Part shown: in pieces, positions 9,327 through 19,539 of the stretch
Layout of the letters: each line of letters starts with the position of its first letter
How positions within the stretch are numbered: position 1 is the first letter of the stretch
Origin: Candidatus Zixiibacteriota bacterium
GTDB lineage: Bacteria; Zixibacteria; MSB-5A5; UBA10806
Length of the DNA: 64,000 bases
Direction: 5' to 3'
NCBI GenBank assembly: GCA_024641335.1
Contig: JAHEDG010000010.1
Coordinates: forward strand, 9,910 to 73,909
Notes under the pieces: generated by a model
The model's input: only the letters and a program-made list of their open reading frames with translations
Database searches by the model: none
Told to the model about the DNA's origin: nothing
Program-made: the position numbers and the translations under genes

Positions 9327-10310
9327 TTACAATTCTTTGACGACTCCGAGGGTCCGGTATTTTCTCAACCTGTCGGCCAGGAGTGTTTGTTTATCTTTTT
9401 GCGATAAGATATTCAATTTCTCAAGCAAAATATTTTTTAAAATCGCGGCGGCGGCGGCATAATCCCTGTGAGCTCCCCCTGCCGGTTCCGGGACAATTTC
9501 GTCGATGATCCCCAACCGCATGAGATCGTCGGGAATAGGTTTGAGGGCTTCGGCGGCCTGTATTCTGTTGGCCTCGGCTTGTTTAGGGTCATCGACCTGT
9601 TTCCAGAGAATGGCTGAACAGCCTTCCGGAGAGATGACCGAGTACCAGGAGTTTTCGAGCATCATGACTACGTCTCCTATACCGATACCAAGCGCTCCGC
9701 CAGATGCTCCCTCGCCGATGATGGTGACAATAATAGGGACCTCTATAACGGACATTTCCAGGATGTTGCGGGCTATGGCTTCGGCCTGCCCCCTTTCTTC
9801 CGCCCCGATACCCGGATAGGCGCCCGGAGTATCAACAAAAATGATGATGGGTCGATTGAATTTTTCAGCCAGTTTGAAAAGCCTGAGTGCTTTACGGTAG
9901 CCTTCGGGGTGGCTCATTCCGAAATTACGGTATTGCCGCTGTTTGACGTCACGTCCCTTTTGCTGCCCTACGAAAACAACCGGATGTCCATCAAGCGTAG
10001 CGAATCCTCCAACCATAGCCTTATCATCGGCGAAATACCTGTCGCCGTGAAGTTCCATGAAATCGTCGAAAACAAGAGGTACGAGATCGAACGAATACGG
10101 CCGCATGGGATGCCTGGCCAGCTGAACTCTCTGCCAGCGCGACAACCGAGAATAGACATCGGATTGAAGCCGGTTTCTTTTCTTTTCCAGATTTCGTATT
10201 TCAGATTCGAGTTCGGTATCGCCTGACAGGGCCAGGTCTTTCATCTGTTGGATTTTTTTATCGATCTCGATAATCGGTTTTTCGAATTCAAGGTAGTATT
10301 TGTCATCCAT
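9327..10310 (-). CDS. accA: acetyl-CoA carboxylase carboxyltransferase alpha subunit
   Basis: Strong AccA features (…[15 protein letters not shown]…, GGAHRD). The start is taken at [13 protein letters not shown] (10310) rather than the over-extended track start at 10382. Confidence 0.9.
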   Translation of the reverse strand: MDDKYYLEFEKPIIEIDKKIQQMKDLALSGDTELESEIRNLEKKRNRLQSDVYSRLSRWQRVQLARHPMRPYSFDLVPLVFDDFMELHGDRYFADDKAMVGGFATLDGHPVVFVGQQKGRDVKQRQYRNFGMSHPEGYRKALRLFKLAEKFNRPIIIFVDTPGAYPGIGAEERGQAEAIARNILEMSVIEVPIIVTIIGEGASGGALGIGIGDVVMMLENSWYSVISPEGCSAILWKQVDDPKQAEANRIQAAEALKPIPDDLMRLGIIDEIVPEPAGGAHRDYAAAAAILKNILLEKLNILSQKDKQTLLADRLRKYRTLGVVKEL

Positions 10311-11352
10311 TATGGCCTCCCGACTTAATTTTACGGGAAAGAAATATGGCGATAAATATAATAAAAACGAACTCCAATACAAGAATAATATTGATTTTCC
10401 CTAAAACCAGCCCGACGGCCATGAATGAGAACTGGAGACTTATAATATAGAAAAACCAGACAACCCCCCTGTGGCTGAAGCCCTGCTCCAGGAGGTAATG
10501 GAAAAGATGCCGTCTATCAGCCATATATATTTTTTGGCCGGTTAACAGCCTTCTCAAAGTAGTACTAACCAGCTCGATAACCGGGAGCCCGAGGGCCAGA
10601 ATAGGGACGAACATGACGATGGAGGCATAGCTTTTGGGCCAATATAATGATAAAACTCCCAAAACATAGCCGATGAACAGCGACCCGGAATCTCCCATGA
10701 AGATCCTGGCCGGATATGAATTGAATTTCAGGAAAACCAGGCAGACTCCCAGGATGCCAGCGGCAAAAAGGGAGGCCAAGGGCAGGTCAAGGGCCACACT
10801 CAGGATCAGGAAGGTCATGGAAGCTATGGCCGCCACACCGGCCGCGAGACCGTCCAGACCATCGAGCAGGTTGAAAGTATTGGTAATCATCACCACCCAA
10901 AATACGCTTAAGGGGATACTCCAGTAGCCCAGGGCGACGACTTTGTAGTAGGGGATATTAAGAAAATCGGGGCGGATTCCCATGATCACCGGGATCATGG
11001 CGGCCAAAATCTGCCAGAACAATTTTGGGATTGGACTAACACCTTTGATATCATCGGTAGCTCCCAGAGCGAAAATGACAACTCCTCCCCCAATCAACCC
11101 CATTATGCCTTTCCAGTTTTCATACCAGAGTCCGGGATCGGCGATGAATCCCATCCAGACTGCCAGGGTGAAAGAGATAAAGAAAGCTACTCCGCCAAGG
11201 CGCGGGATAGGTGTCGAGTGCATTTTTCTCGGTCCGGGGAAATCGAGAAGCTCTTTGCGCAGGCAATAAGCGTTGATAATGGGCACCAGCATATAAGTTA
11301 GATATCCTGAAAGAAAAGTGACCAGAACGAAGGCCGGTATCCGCCAGTTCAA
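10303..11352 (-). CDS. polyprenyl-phosphate N-acetylhexosamine-1-phosphate transferase (MraY/WecA/TagO family)
   Basis: 349 aa, about 10 TM, with NTFNLLDGLDGLAAG and MGDSGSLFIGY motifs diagnostic of the MraY/WecA family. Confidence 0.8.
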   Translation of the reverse strand: MNWRIPAFVLVTFLSGYLTYMLVPIINAYCLRKELLDFPGPRKMHSTPIPRLGGVAFFISFTLAVWMGFIADPGLWYENWKGIMGLIGGGVVIFALGATDDIKGVSPIPKLFWQILAAMIPVIMGIRPDFLNIPYYKVVALGYWSIPLSVFWVVMITNTFNLLDGLDGLAAGVAAIASMTFLILSVALDLPLASLFAAGILGVCLVFLKFNSYPARIFMGDSGSLFIGYVLGVLSLYWPKSYASIVMFVPILALGLPVIELVSTTLRRLLTGQKIYMADRRHLFHYLLEQGFSHRGVVWFFYIISLQFSFMAVGLVLGKINIILVLEFVFIIFIAIFLSRKIKSGGHNG

Positions 11353-12215
11353 TTTTTTCGCCCTTTCTTAAAGACAGTTATGAGCGAGCTTACCACAAAA
11401 CCGGCCCAAAGAGCAACTAAAAGAAGAAGATTCAGGATCCGTTGATGGTCATAATGCTTTCTGAAATATTTCCAGACAGAGCTATGATGATGGAACGCCG
11501 ATAGATACGGTCGCCGGGACGATGACTGCCGCCATGAATGGTAAACTGTAACCGACGGCAACAAAAATATCTTCAGGCCTCTATCCGTAATTCTCCGGCA
11601 GAGGTCGAGATCTTCCAGGTACATGAAGAATCGCTCATCGAATCCTCCCAACTCCCGAAATAAAGCGGATTTGATGAGGACGGCTGTGGCTGAGACAGCC
11701 GGGACCTCAACGGGAGAATCGGAATCTGAAAGGATGTAGCCGGCTTTTTTCTCGCCGGTAATTCCGAGTTTGAACAAAGGTGATCCCCGTCCGAGGAGAA
11801 AATCCCGTCTCATGGGCATACGTCGGGCGGAAAGCTGCGGACGTCCATCGGGGTAGCAAAGCGCCGGGGAGATCAAGCCGACATCGGGGTTGTCATCAGC
11901 GTAAGCAAGCAGCCGCTCCAGGGCATCGGGTGGGATTAGAGTATCCGGATTAAGAATGAAAAGGTATTTCCCCCGCGCCCGCGCGGCGGCCCGATTAGCA
12001 GCCCGTCCATACCCCAGATTCCTCTGAGATAATATGGAATCGAAAGATTGATTTTTCAGAAATTCGGACGTGCCGTCATCGGAGGCGTTGTCGAATACGA
12101 TAATTTCGGATTTTATTCCCCTCGCGGATTTCAGGGAATCGACACATTTTTCAAGATGGCGGAGAGAATTATAGCTGACAATAATATTGCTTACGGAAAA
12201 CTCGTAAGGGATCAT
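11349..12215 (-). CDS. family 2 glycosyltransferase (GT-A fold), C-terminal TM
   Basis: VSYNSLRHLEKCVDSL…IIVFDNASDDGT… DxD-containing GT2 signature. 4-nt overlap with the upstream transferase gene. Confidence 0.8.
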   Translation of the reverse strand: MIPYEFSVSNIIVSYNSLRHLEKCVDSLKSARGIKSEIIVFDNASDDGTSEFLKNQSFDSILSQRNLGYGRAANRAAARARGKYLFILNPDTLIPPDALERLLAYADDNPDVGLISPALCYPDGRPQLSARRMPMRRDFLLGRGSPLFKLGITGEKKAGYILSDSDSPVEVPAVSATAVLIKSALFRELGGFDERFFMYLEDLDLCRRITDRGLKIFLLPSVTVYHSWRQSSSRRPYLSAFHHHSSVWKYFRKHYDHQRILNLLLLVALWAGFVVSSLITVFKKGRKN

Positions 12216-12309
12216 GAATGTCTCATCAGAGCGATATTGACTCCGGGGAAAGCGAAAGGAAACATGTCAAATGGAATCCCCGAGGCTTGATCGGAAGAAC
12301 CGCTCCCTC

Positions 12310-13545
12310 CTATCGTCTCGATCTAAGGGATTCTATTTCTTCTCTCAAGCCGACCATCATTTCAGCCAGAAAGCCGATGGCAAACAATAATAATCCCGAA
12401 AGGACCAGAAGGATGGTAGGGAAAAGCAAGGTTCTGGACCCGTGTTCGGTGAAATATCTGAGGTATAAGGCGAGCAGTCCGACAATGCCGCCAGACCCTC
12501 CCAAAATAAACCCCCACGTACCGAAAAGCCTCAGAGGTTTTTTCACAAACGAGATCTGAAATTTTACAGAGAACAAATCCAGAACGCCGTCCATAATCCG
12601 GCCCGCCCCGAATTTGCTTTTCCCGAATTTTCTGGGAAAGAGCTTGACCTTGACCTCGTCGATGACAAAACCCTGTTCAGCGGCCAGAACCACCAGGTAC
12701 CTGTGCCAGTCCCGGCGCAGAGTAATGGAATCGACCACATCTTTTTTGAAAGCTTTTACGGAGTTCATATCATGAATCTTCAAGCCGAAAAGCATTCGGC
12801 AGATTTTATTGTAAATAAAAGAGACTAATCTCTTATTGTATTTACCCTGTTTCCACCCGGCGACGACGTCGGCGCCCTGATCGATCCTGGCAATCATCCT
12901 GGGAATATCCTGCGGGCTGTACTGTAAATCGGCGGGATAAAACACCATAATCGAACCGTGCGCCTGTTTGAACCCGGTATTCAGAGCGGCAGTTAATCCC
13001 CGGTTGCGGGAGTACCCGGTAACCTTAAGCCAGGGGTAAGAGCGCGTGGCCTTACGGGCTCTTTCCTCTGTTCGATCGGTCGAGCCGTCATTGACATAGA
13101 TAACTTCCCACTCCGCTCCGGACTTTTTGATAACCTCATCGAATTGATCGAGCAGAGGCTGGACATTGTCTTCCTCGTTATAGGCCGGTATTATTACGCT
13201 GACTTTGGTTCTTGCTTTCCCCTTAAATCTATTATTATCGCGGTCACGTCCCGGTCGAGAGTCTGACCGGTCCCTTTTTCTGTCGCCGTACTGATTGGGT
13301 TTTCTTTCGGGTCTTCTTTGTTCCCTCCGTTGTGGGGGCTGAGAAGATCGGGGTCTATTTGATTCGGACTCTTTTCTTGTCTCCACTGATACTTCCGGCT
13401 TGATAATCGGAGGTATTTCTTTGGGAGTTTCTTCGGCCGGCGCGGCCTTTTGTCCTTCGGCCTCGGGGTTTTTGGGGCTTTCGGCTACGGCAGGCTTAAA
13501 TTTCTTGACCCTTCTGCGACCATAAAGTCTTTCTCCGTTTTCCAT
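12310..13545 (-). CDS. GtrB/DPM1-like polyprenyl-phosphate glycosyltransferase (GT2) with C-terminal TM helices and an unusual ~110-aa K/R/E/P-rich N-terminal extension
   Basis: Core VSVIIPAYNEEDNV…YVNDGSTDRT…, plus a C-terminal 2-TM anchor as in GtrB/ArnC/Ppm1. The N-terminal 110 aa (…RRVKKFKPAVAESPKNPEAEGQKAAPAEETPKEIPP…RREQRRPERKPNQYGDRKRDRSDSRPGRDRDNNRFKGKARTK) is low-complexity but in frame with no internal ATG. Confidence 0.7.
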   Translation of the reverse strand: MENGERLYGRRRVKKFKPAVAESPKNPEAEGQKAAPAEETPKEIPPIIKPEVSVETRKESESNRPRSSQPPQRREQRRPERKPNQYGDRKRDRSDSRPGRDRDNNRFKGKARTKVSVIIPAYNEEDNVQPLLDQFDEVIKKSGAEWEVIYVNDGSTDRTEERARKATRSYPWLKVTGYSRNRGLTAALNTGFKQAHGSIMVFYPADLQYSPQDIPRMIARIDQGADVVAGWKQGKYNKRLVSFIYNKICRMLFGLKIHDMNSVKAFKKDVVDSITLRRDWHRYLVVLAAEQGFVIDEVKVKLFPRKFGKSKFGAGRIMDGVLDLFSVKFQISFVKKPLRLFGTWGFILGGSGGIVGLLALYLRYFTEHGSRTLLFPTILLVLSGLLLFAIGFLAEMMVGLREEIESLRSRR

Positions 13546-13684
13546 TTAATTCAATTCCCGCTGGTTAAAAATGTGAGATAAACCATTATCGCTTTCCCCT
13601 CGTGCATCGTTTCAAGCGTAAATTAACATTATTTTTCCGTTATTGGCAAGGCATTATCGATTCTATTCTCCTATACCGCTGTTA

Positions 13685-14782
13685 TCATATTTCGATCTTT
13701 CCCAGGGATAAATGCTCCCGACGCAGATAATAGAACCCGATGAGAGTAACCGGGATGAACTGACAAAGCCATAGGACTATGGAGAAAGACAGAGCCTCCC
13801 CTTTTGATATTCCGAACAGCCCCAGCGATTCGCAGTAGGCTCCGATACCGATAATCGGGGTGAAGGCGTTGGCGGTCAGTGTCATGGCCAAAGCCTCGAC
13901 CCTGGCGGTATTGAGATAATGGCCTATAATCCCCAGATGGTTCATGGCGCCGAAGGCGGCAACAACGGCAGCCTGGAAGACCCCGATATAGCCCGGAGCC
14001 GACGGGAGCATCACTCCGGCGGCCACAAAAAGCAACAGAATAAATGAGGCTATAAAGTGAGGATATATCCCAAAAGCCATGAATATGAAGTAATTAGATA
14101 AAGCGGTGATCACCCAGATAACCGCCGACCAGAAGGAAATTATCATGAGGATCTTCAAATTTTTGAAGACATTCAGGCCCTTTGTAAAATGGGATAATAT
14201 ACTTTCTATTTTTTTACGGAAGGATCCGGGAAGAAAAGAAAATATTTTCGAAACAAGCCGGATGATGCCTTCTCCTCGATATTTTAAGGCGACCAGAAAA
14301 AGGACGGCGGCGACATTAATAACGAGGGTGAAGATCCCGAATTTTTTAACCGCAGGAGGAAAAGGAACAAAGAGAATAACCAACCAGAACATGGTCAGCA
14401 ATGAGAGGCTGTCGAAAATCCGTTCCAGCACGATGGTGGCGAAAATGGAGGATCTCGATTCTCCCGTTGTCCTGCCCAAAGAGTACGCTCTGACCAGCTC
14501 GCCCAGCCTGGCAGGCAGAACGTTATTGGCCATAAAGCCGATCATAACCGCCGGAAACAGCCGAGCGGCTGTAAAGACCTTGACAGGCTGCAGCAGATAT
14601 TTCCATCGTTCCGCCCTGAGGCCCATAAGAAACATTACGGCGACCATGTTGGGAATGATCCATATATAGTTTACGTTCTTCAGCGAATAGATTATTTCTG
14701 CCGGTTCTACCCTTCTGAAAGCAAGATAAACAAATAGGGCGCTGACGATCAGGCCGATTGCGAGATTCAGCCGATTTTTCAA
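13685..14782 (-). CDS. UPF0104 / flippase-like (MprF-C / LPG_synthase_TM-like) integral membrane protein
   Basis: 365 aa, about 8 TM, no soluble domain. Sits inside the glycosyltransferase cluster, as is usual for this family next to GtrB-like GT2 enzymes. Confidence 0.6.
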   Translation of the reverse strand: MKNRLNLAIGLIVSALFVYLAFRRVEPAEIIYSLKNVNYIWIIPNMVAVMFLMGLRAERWKYLLQPVKVFTAARLFPAVMIGFMANNVLPARLGELVRAYSLGRTTGESRSSIFATIVLERIFDSLSLLTMFWLVILFVPFPPAVKKFGIFTLVINVAAVLFLVALKYRGEGIIRLVSKIFSFLPGSFRKKIESILSHFTKGLNVFKNLKILMIISFWSAVIWVITALSNYFIFMAFGIYPHFIASFILLLFVAAGVMLPSAPGYIGVFQAAVVAAFGAMNHLGIIGHYLNTARVEALAMTLTANAFTPIIGIGAYCESLGLFGISKGEALSFSIVLWLCQFIPVTLIGFYYLRREHLSLGKIEI

Positions 14783-15891
14783 TTATCTACGATCACCTTT
14801 TTCAAAATATCTTCAGTCATTCGAGCGGTTTTTTCCCATGAGAAATTAGCGGCCCAGCGCAATCCTCCCATTTCCAGGCTTTTTCGGAGCGGGTCATCGC
14901 TCAATATTTTAGTAGCCAGGGTGGAAATTTGCTCGATATCGCCGTATTCGAATAGTAATCCTGAATTATTTTCGTCAACCGAATCCTGCAATCCGGGAAC
15001 CCTCGAGGCCAGCACGGCGGTTCCGCAGGCATTGGCTTCGATATTGGTGAGCCCCCAGCCTTCTTTGAGCGACGGGTAGATAGAAAGATGAGCTTTGCGC
15101 AGATAGCCGACTTTCTCCTCTTCGGAAACAAAGCCTTTGAAGATAACAGAATTTTGCACTCCCAATTCGACGGCCAGGTTCATCAGAGTTTGCTGATAAT
15201 CTCCCTGACCGACGACAATAAATTGAGCGTCGGGAATCGCCTCCCTGATAGCGGGCAGGGCTTTTATAACTGTTTCGACCGACTTGTATTTTTTCAACCG
15301 CCCGACATAGAGAATGGTCGGAGTTTCGAACTTGGTTATCTGCGGATCAAACCGATAGATTTCCTTATCGATGCCGCATTCGACCACGTCGATATTGCCG
15401 CGGGGAATTCCCTTGCGCTCAACCTCGCCGGCGGTTGATTTGGAGATAACCATGAAGCGGTTATTTCTGTAGATCCATCCTACAGGTTTTTCGGCTATGA
15501 AAATATATGATCCCAGGACAAAATTTATTTCCTTAAAGACAGCGTCGGAAAACAGATGAGGAATAACCGTTAGCGTGGGGAGTTTTTGGTAGAGCGGCGA
15601 ATAGAACGGTATTTTATTTATATCCTCGATGACGACGTTATAATTGTTGGCTTTGATGAGCTTTCTCATGACGAAGGGAGCTACCCAGTTGAAATTAAGG
15701 CGGGCTCCGTGACGATATATTTTGATGCCGTCGACATTATCGACCTTTGCTCCTCCCGGGAAATTACTGCAAAGCAGATCGACCTGATGGCCATATGAGA
15801 CCAATCTGCTTAGAATCTCCTGCAGATGGACCTCGGCTCCACCGGCCTGGGGATTTTTCAGATCCTGCCAGTTGATCGCCAGGATTTTCAT
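14779..15891 (-). CDS. family 4 glycosyltransferase (GT-B fold)
   Basis: 370 aa with N-terminal GGAEVH and C-terminal EGWGLTNIEANACGTAVLAS (EX7E region) typical of GT4. 4-nt overlaps on both sides. Confidence 0.8.
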   Translation of the reverse strand: MKILAINWQDLKNPQAGGAEVHLQEILSRLVSYGHQVDLLCSNFPGGAKVDNVDGIKIYRHGARLNFNWVAPFVMRKLIKANNYNVVIEDINKIPFYSPLYQKLPTLTVIPHLFSDAVFKEINFVLGSYIFIAEKPVGWIYRNNRFMVISKSTAGEVERKGIPRGNIDVVECGIDKEIYRFDPQITKFETPTILYVGRLKKYKSVETVIKALPAIREAIPDAQFIVVGQGDYQQTLMNLAVELGVQNSVIFKGFVSEEEKVGYLRKAHLSIYPSLKEGWGLTNIEANACGTAVLASRVPGLQDSVDENNSGLLFEYGDIEQISTLATKILSDDPLRKSLEMGGLRWAANFSWEKTARMTEDILKKVIVDN

Positions 15892-18518
15892 TTGTTTTCC
15901 TCCGGAAAGTCCGGCAAGCTCTTGAGTTTTTCCTTAAGCTGGTCGAGAGACGTTTGAATATCCATATTATCCTCGAACTGTTTTCTAAATTTATCGATGA
16001 GGGAATCTGCCCGGGTAATATGGCCGTCTCGATAATATAATACCGCCAGATTATTGAGCGCGGAAAAAGAGTCGGGGTATTTGGACAGAACAATCACCAG
16101 TATTTTTTCGGCGGCCTCGAATTCCTGATCCATAATCAGCTCCTGAGAAATCGCCAGATAGATCTTTTCACCTTCAGGAGAATCGCATATGATTTCGGGG
16201 ATCCGGTCGATCTCTCCGCTCAAGGCAAATATTTTAGCTACATAAGCCCTGGATTGCCAGGGAGAGTCGTCGGAGCTGAGATTAAAGGCCAACTCGGCTA
16301 TCTTGACCGCCGAATCGGGCTCTTGCTGTTCTAAATAAGTTTCGGAGATTTTAAGCATAGCGACTATATAATTGGCGATAAGTCTTTTATCGTTTTCATC
16401 TTTTATTACCGAAGGGTCGGCGATACCTCTGAAGTTGGCCGGATTCCCCAACACCTTCATCCCGATCTCGGGTTCGACCCTATCCTTACCGGATGTTTCC
16501 ACTACCCTTAGGGCCATTCCTTCCATAATCAGATGATCGTCGAGGCCCAGACGGTTATCTTCGGAAACAGTTATGGCAAAATAAACCGGTATGTTCCAGC
16601 TGTCGTTACGGATATTGGTGACGATATGCTGGACCATCTGATCCTGCACTCTCCAGATTCCGGGGTAATCGGTGAATCTCTTCGGCTGCAGCTTGTCGAT
16701 TTCATCATCGCTGATACTGATCGGGACGTTCATTTGGTCTTTCAGCTGGTGAACATACCAGGACGTGTTGAGCAGGCTGAGGTTAACGACGCGCACGTCC
16801 AGACGCACTTTTTCGACCTCTTGAATATACCATAGCGGAAAAGTATCGTTATCTCCATTGGTGAAGAGGATACCGTTTTGGGCGCATGATTCCAGAATGT
16901 TTTCGGCATAATCGCGAGGGATAAAATTGCCCAGTCTGCTGTTATGCTGATAATTGGCATAAACGGTGTTGAAGGCCAGAAGGATAGCCACCAGCACAGC
17001 TGCGGCAAACGCCGGGATAAGCGCCGCGGCGCGCAATTTAAATTTATCGGCCAGGCCTCCCAGCCATTGGAGAAACATGGCTATTCCCATTCCGATGATA
17101 ATACCGTAGTACATATATCCGGGCGTGAAGAAGTAATCTCTGTTTCGGACCTCGGCGATGGGGGCAATGGCTGTATTGTAAGCGCCGTCAGAGAAGTTCA
17201 TGTACAGCATCAGTCCGATAGTGCCTATCAGGAACGAAATGAGCATGAAGGATCCTTCAGGGCCTGCCCGCCTGGACGATTCATATAACCCGTAAAAACC
17301 GATGATCAGAATATAGAATATCGGCAGGCTGAGACTGAATTCCGGGCTGGATGAACCATTACTTTTTCCTTTATCGGAGGCTTTGTACAGGGTGATTTTC
17401 TGATCGGGCGAGGCATACTGGGAGTTGAAATAGCCCAGAAGCCCGAACCTGGGATGAGCTATGAGTTGATTGCGCCAGCTTGCCCGACGTTGGAGCATGC
17501 GAGTAATCATCGATTCCTGTCCGTATTGTTTTCTTTCGAGAAAACCTTTGAAGCGATTGAAGGTGGCGGGATCGTTTTCGTTGATAGCCGGCTTCTGAGA
17601 GGCTCTGATGGGAATATACATTTGGGATGAAAACCCGATAACCGCCGAGATCATGACGAGTAAAGCGGTTCCCCAGGCGGCGGCCGCTGTACGTTTGAGA
17701 AGGCGATAAGCGGTTACGCTTCCGGTAATCATCAGGGCGAGGACGAAAATGCAGGCGAACGATTCGAGTTCAAAGGCGGCGATATCGATACCCAAAATAC
17801 CCAGAAGAGGCGTTTGTACCGGGGCGGCAAACAGTATGAACATTGACATAACTATCCAGACCGGCCAACGTTTTAACCCTGATTTTAAGAAATCATAATA
17901 AGCCAGATATAAAATCATGGGGATCAGGACCAGGAATACGGTCATGTGCACGCCCAATGACAACCAGAGCAGGTAGGAGATGAGAATCAGAAGTCTGTCA
18001 TTGCCGGGGCGGTCGATATTCTCGGCCCAGATAAAGGCCAGGTAATTGATAAGGAGCATGAGCAACATAGCCAGCGCGTAGACCTCGGCTTCGACCGCGC
18101 TCGACCAGAAGGTAGAGGAGAATCCCATAATAAGAGCGCCGCACAGCGCTCCGATACCGAGTCCGTATTTGGAGAGACCATTGGGGATCTTCGGACTACC
18201 GTTCAGAGCGATCCGGATTATCAGCCAATAGGCGACGACAACAGAGGCAGCCGCGCTCAGGACCGAGATAAGGTTGACCCTGACGGCAATATCGCCGGCT
18301 ATCGGGAGCAAAGTGAACAATCGTCCGATGATTATAAATAGCGGGTAACCGGGCGGATGTGGTATGCCCAGGATATAGGACGAAGCGATAAATTCTCCGC
18401 AATCCCAGAAGGAAGTTGTGGGAGCTTTGGTTATGTAATAAATGATAAGGCTGATAAATCCCGCTGCCAGGGATAAGATGAGGAAATATTTGTCTTTATA
18501 AAGCTTCATCAGCGTCAA
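15888..18518 (-). CDS. DUF2723/TMEM260-like GT-C fold membrane glycosyltransferase with C-terminal TPR repeats
   Basis: 876 aa. The N-terminus has FWDCGEFIASSYILGIPHPPGYPLF (acidic first-loop motif of PMT/ArnT-type GT-C enzymes; resembles DUF2723), followed by more than 10 TM helices. The C-terminal soluble region (…GDNDTFPLWYIQ…) carries TPR-like repeats. Confidence 0.6.
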   Translation of the reverse strand: MTLMKLYKDKYFLILSLAAGFISLIIYYITKAPTTSFWDCGEFIASSYILGIPHPPGYPLFIIIGRLFTLLPIAGDIAVRVNLISVLSAAASVVVAYWLIIRIALNGSPKIPNGLSKYGLGIGALCGALIMGFSSTFWSSAVEAEVYALAMLLMLLINYLAFIWAENIDRPGNDRLLILISYLLWLSLGVHMTVFLVLIPMILYLAYYDFLKSGLKRWPVWIVMSMFILFAAPVQTPLLGILGIDIAAFELESFACIFVLALMITGSVTAYRLLKRTAAAAWGTALLVMISAVIGFSSQMYIPIRASQKPAINENDPATFNRFKGFLERKQYGQESMITRMLQRRASWRNQLIAHPRFGLLGYFNSQYASPDQKITLYKASDKGKSNGSSSPEFSLSLPIFYILIIGFYGLYESSRRAGPEGSFMLISFLIGTIGLMLYMNFSDGAYNTAIAPIAEVRNRDYFFTPGYMYYGIIIGMGIAMFLQWLGGLADKFKLRAAALIPAFAAAVLVAILLAFNTVYANYQHNSRLGNFIPRDYAENILESCAQNGILFTNGDNDTFPLWYIQEVEKVRLDVRVVNLSLLNTSWYVHQLKDQMNVPISISDDEIDKLQPKRFTDYPGIWRVQDQMVQHIVTNIRNDSWNIPVYFAITVSEDNRLGLDDHLIMEGMALRVVETSGKDRVEPEIGMKVLGNPANFRGIADPSVIKDENDKRLIANYIVAMLKISETYLEQQEPDSAVKIAELAFNLSSDDSPWQSRAYVAKIFALSGEIDRIPEIICDSPEGEKIYLAISQELIMDQEFEAAEKILVIVLSKYPDSFSALNNLAVLYYRDGHITRADSLIDKFRKQFEDNMDIQTSLDQLKEKLKSLPDFPEENK

Positions 18519-18657
18519 TAGCGGAAACTTCTTTCGCTGTATGCCCGCGAAGATATCCGGGTATCAGAATCCTCCCTATCCAAAAAAAGCACCCTTAAAA
18601 AGGCGCCTATTAAGGTTTAATTTACGATATATTGTACTCCTGTCAATACCAAATGAT

Positions 18658-19065
18658 CTAGAAATCTTTGCCTAAGGCGTCAAGTACACCGTTGACAAAT
18701 CTCCCTGAATCGGCAGATCCATAGATTTTGGCCAGTTCGATAGCTTCGTCGATGGAGACCTTTTTGGGAATATCAGGGAAATAGATTATTTCGGCCAGAC
18801 CGAGACGCAGTATATTTCTATCTATCACCGCCAATCTTTTGAGATCCCAGTTTTCGGTATGCAGCTCGATGGATTTATCCAGTTCATCTCTGTTTTTCAC
18901 AGTTTTGCATAGAAGATCGTATCCGAATTCGGAAACATCCTTATCGAGGCTATGTCTTTCGGCGCAATAATCGAAGATTTCCTTCAGATCGTCGTCGGCC
19001 GCGCGCATTTCATAGCAGTAGAGCGCTTCCAGTACCGCTTCGCGTGCCTGTCTTCTTTTGCCCAT
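18658..19065 (-). CDS. nusB: transcription antitermination factor NusB
   Basis: 135 aa, MGKRRQAREAVLEALYCYEM…, NusB family. Last gene of the rib operon, as in many bacteria. Confidence 0.85.
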   Translation of the reverse strand: MGKRRQAREAVLEALYCYEMRAADDDLKEIFDYCAERHSLDKDVSEFGYDLLCKTVKNRDELDKSIELHTENWDLKRLAVIDRNILRLGLAEIIYFPDIPKKVSIDEAIELAKIYGSADSGRFVNGVLDALGKDF

Positions 19066-19530
19066 TTAGAGAACGCCGTAAAGGTTAACCATTTCGATAG
19101 CCGACAAGGCCGCCTGGAAACCTTTGTTCCCATGCTTTGTTCCGGCCCGTTCTATAGCCTGTTCCAATGTATCGGCGGTAACAATACCGAAGATGACCGG
19201 TTTCTTCTTATCCATAGCCAGCCTGGCTACGCCCTTGGCTGCCTCCGAAGCGACATAGTCGAAATGAGGCGTTTGTCCTCGAATGATAGCGCCCAGGCAG
19301 ATAACGGCGTCATATTTATCCGAATCAGCCAGTCGAGCGGCTACCGGAGGTATTTCGAAGGATCCGGGAACCCAGACTACAGTCAGATCTTTTTCCAGGG
19401 CGCCGTGCCGAATCAGGCAATCAAGCGCGCCATCTTTTAGTTTGGCGGTCAGGAAATCATTGAAACGGGAAACAATGATGGCGAATTTGTTTCCTTTCAC
19501 ATTTAATGATCCGCCGATTTCATTTACCAT
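19066..19530 (-). CDS. ribH: 6,7-dimethyl-8-ribityllumazine synthase
   Basis: 154 aa with …RFNDFLT…[10 protein letters not shown]…[15 protein letters not shown]… lumazine synthase motifs. Confidence 0.9.
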   Translation of the reverse strand: MVNEIGGSLNVKGNKFAIIVSRFNDFLTAKLKDGALDCLIRHGALEKDLTVVWVPGSFEIPPVAARLADSDKYDAVICLGAIIRGQTPHFDYVASEAAKGVARLAMDKKKPVIFGIVTADTLEQAIERAGTKHGNKGFQAALSAIEMVNLYGVL

Positions 19531-19539
19531 GCTATCTCC

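Noticed and set aside
18519-18657. Terminator after nusB (GGCGCC…GGGTGC followed by TTTTTTT on the minus strand)
   Set aside because: Stem pairing is poor (one mismatch in a 5-bp stem), so it was not listed as a feature.
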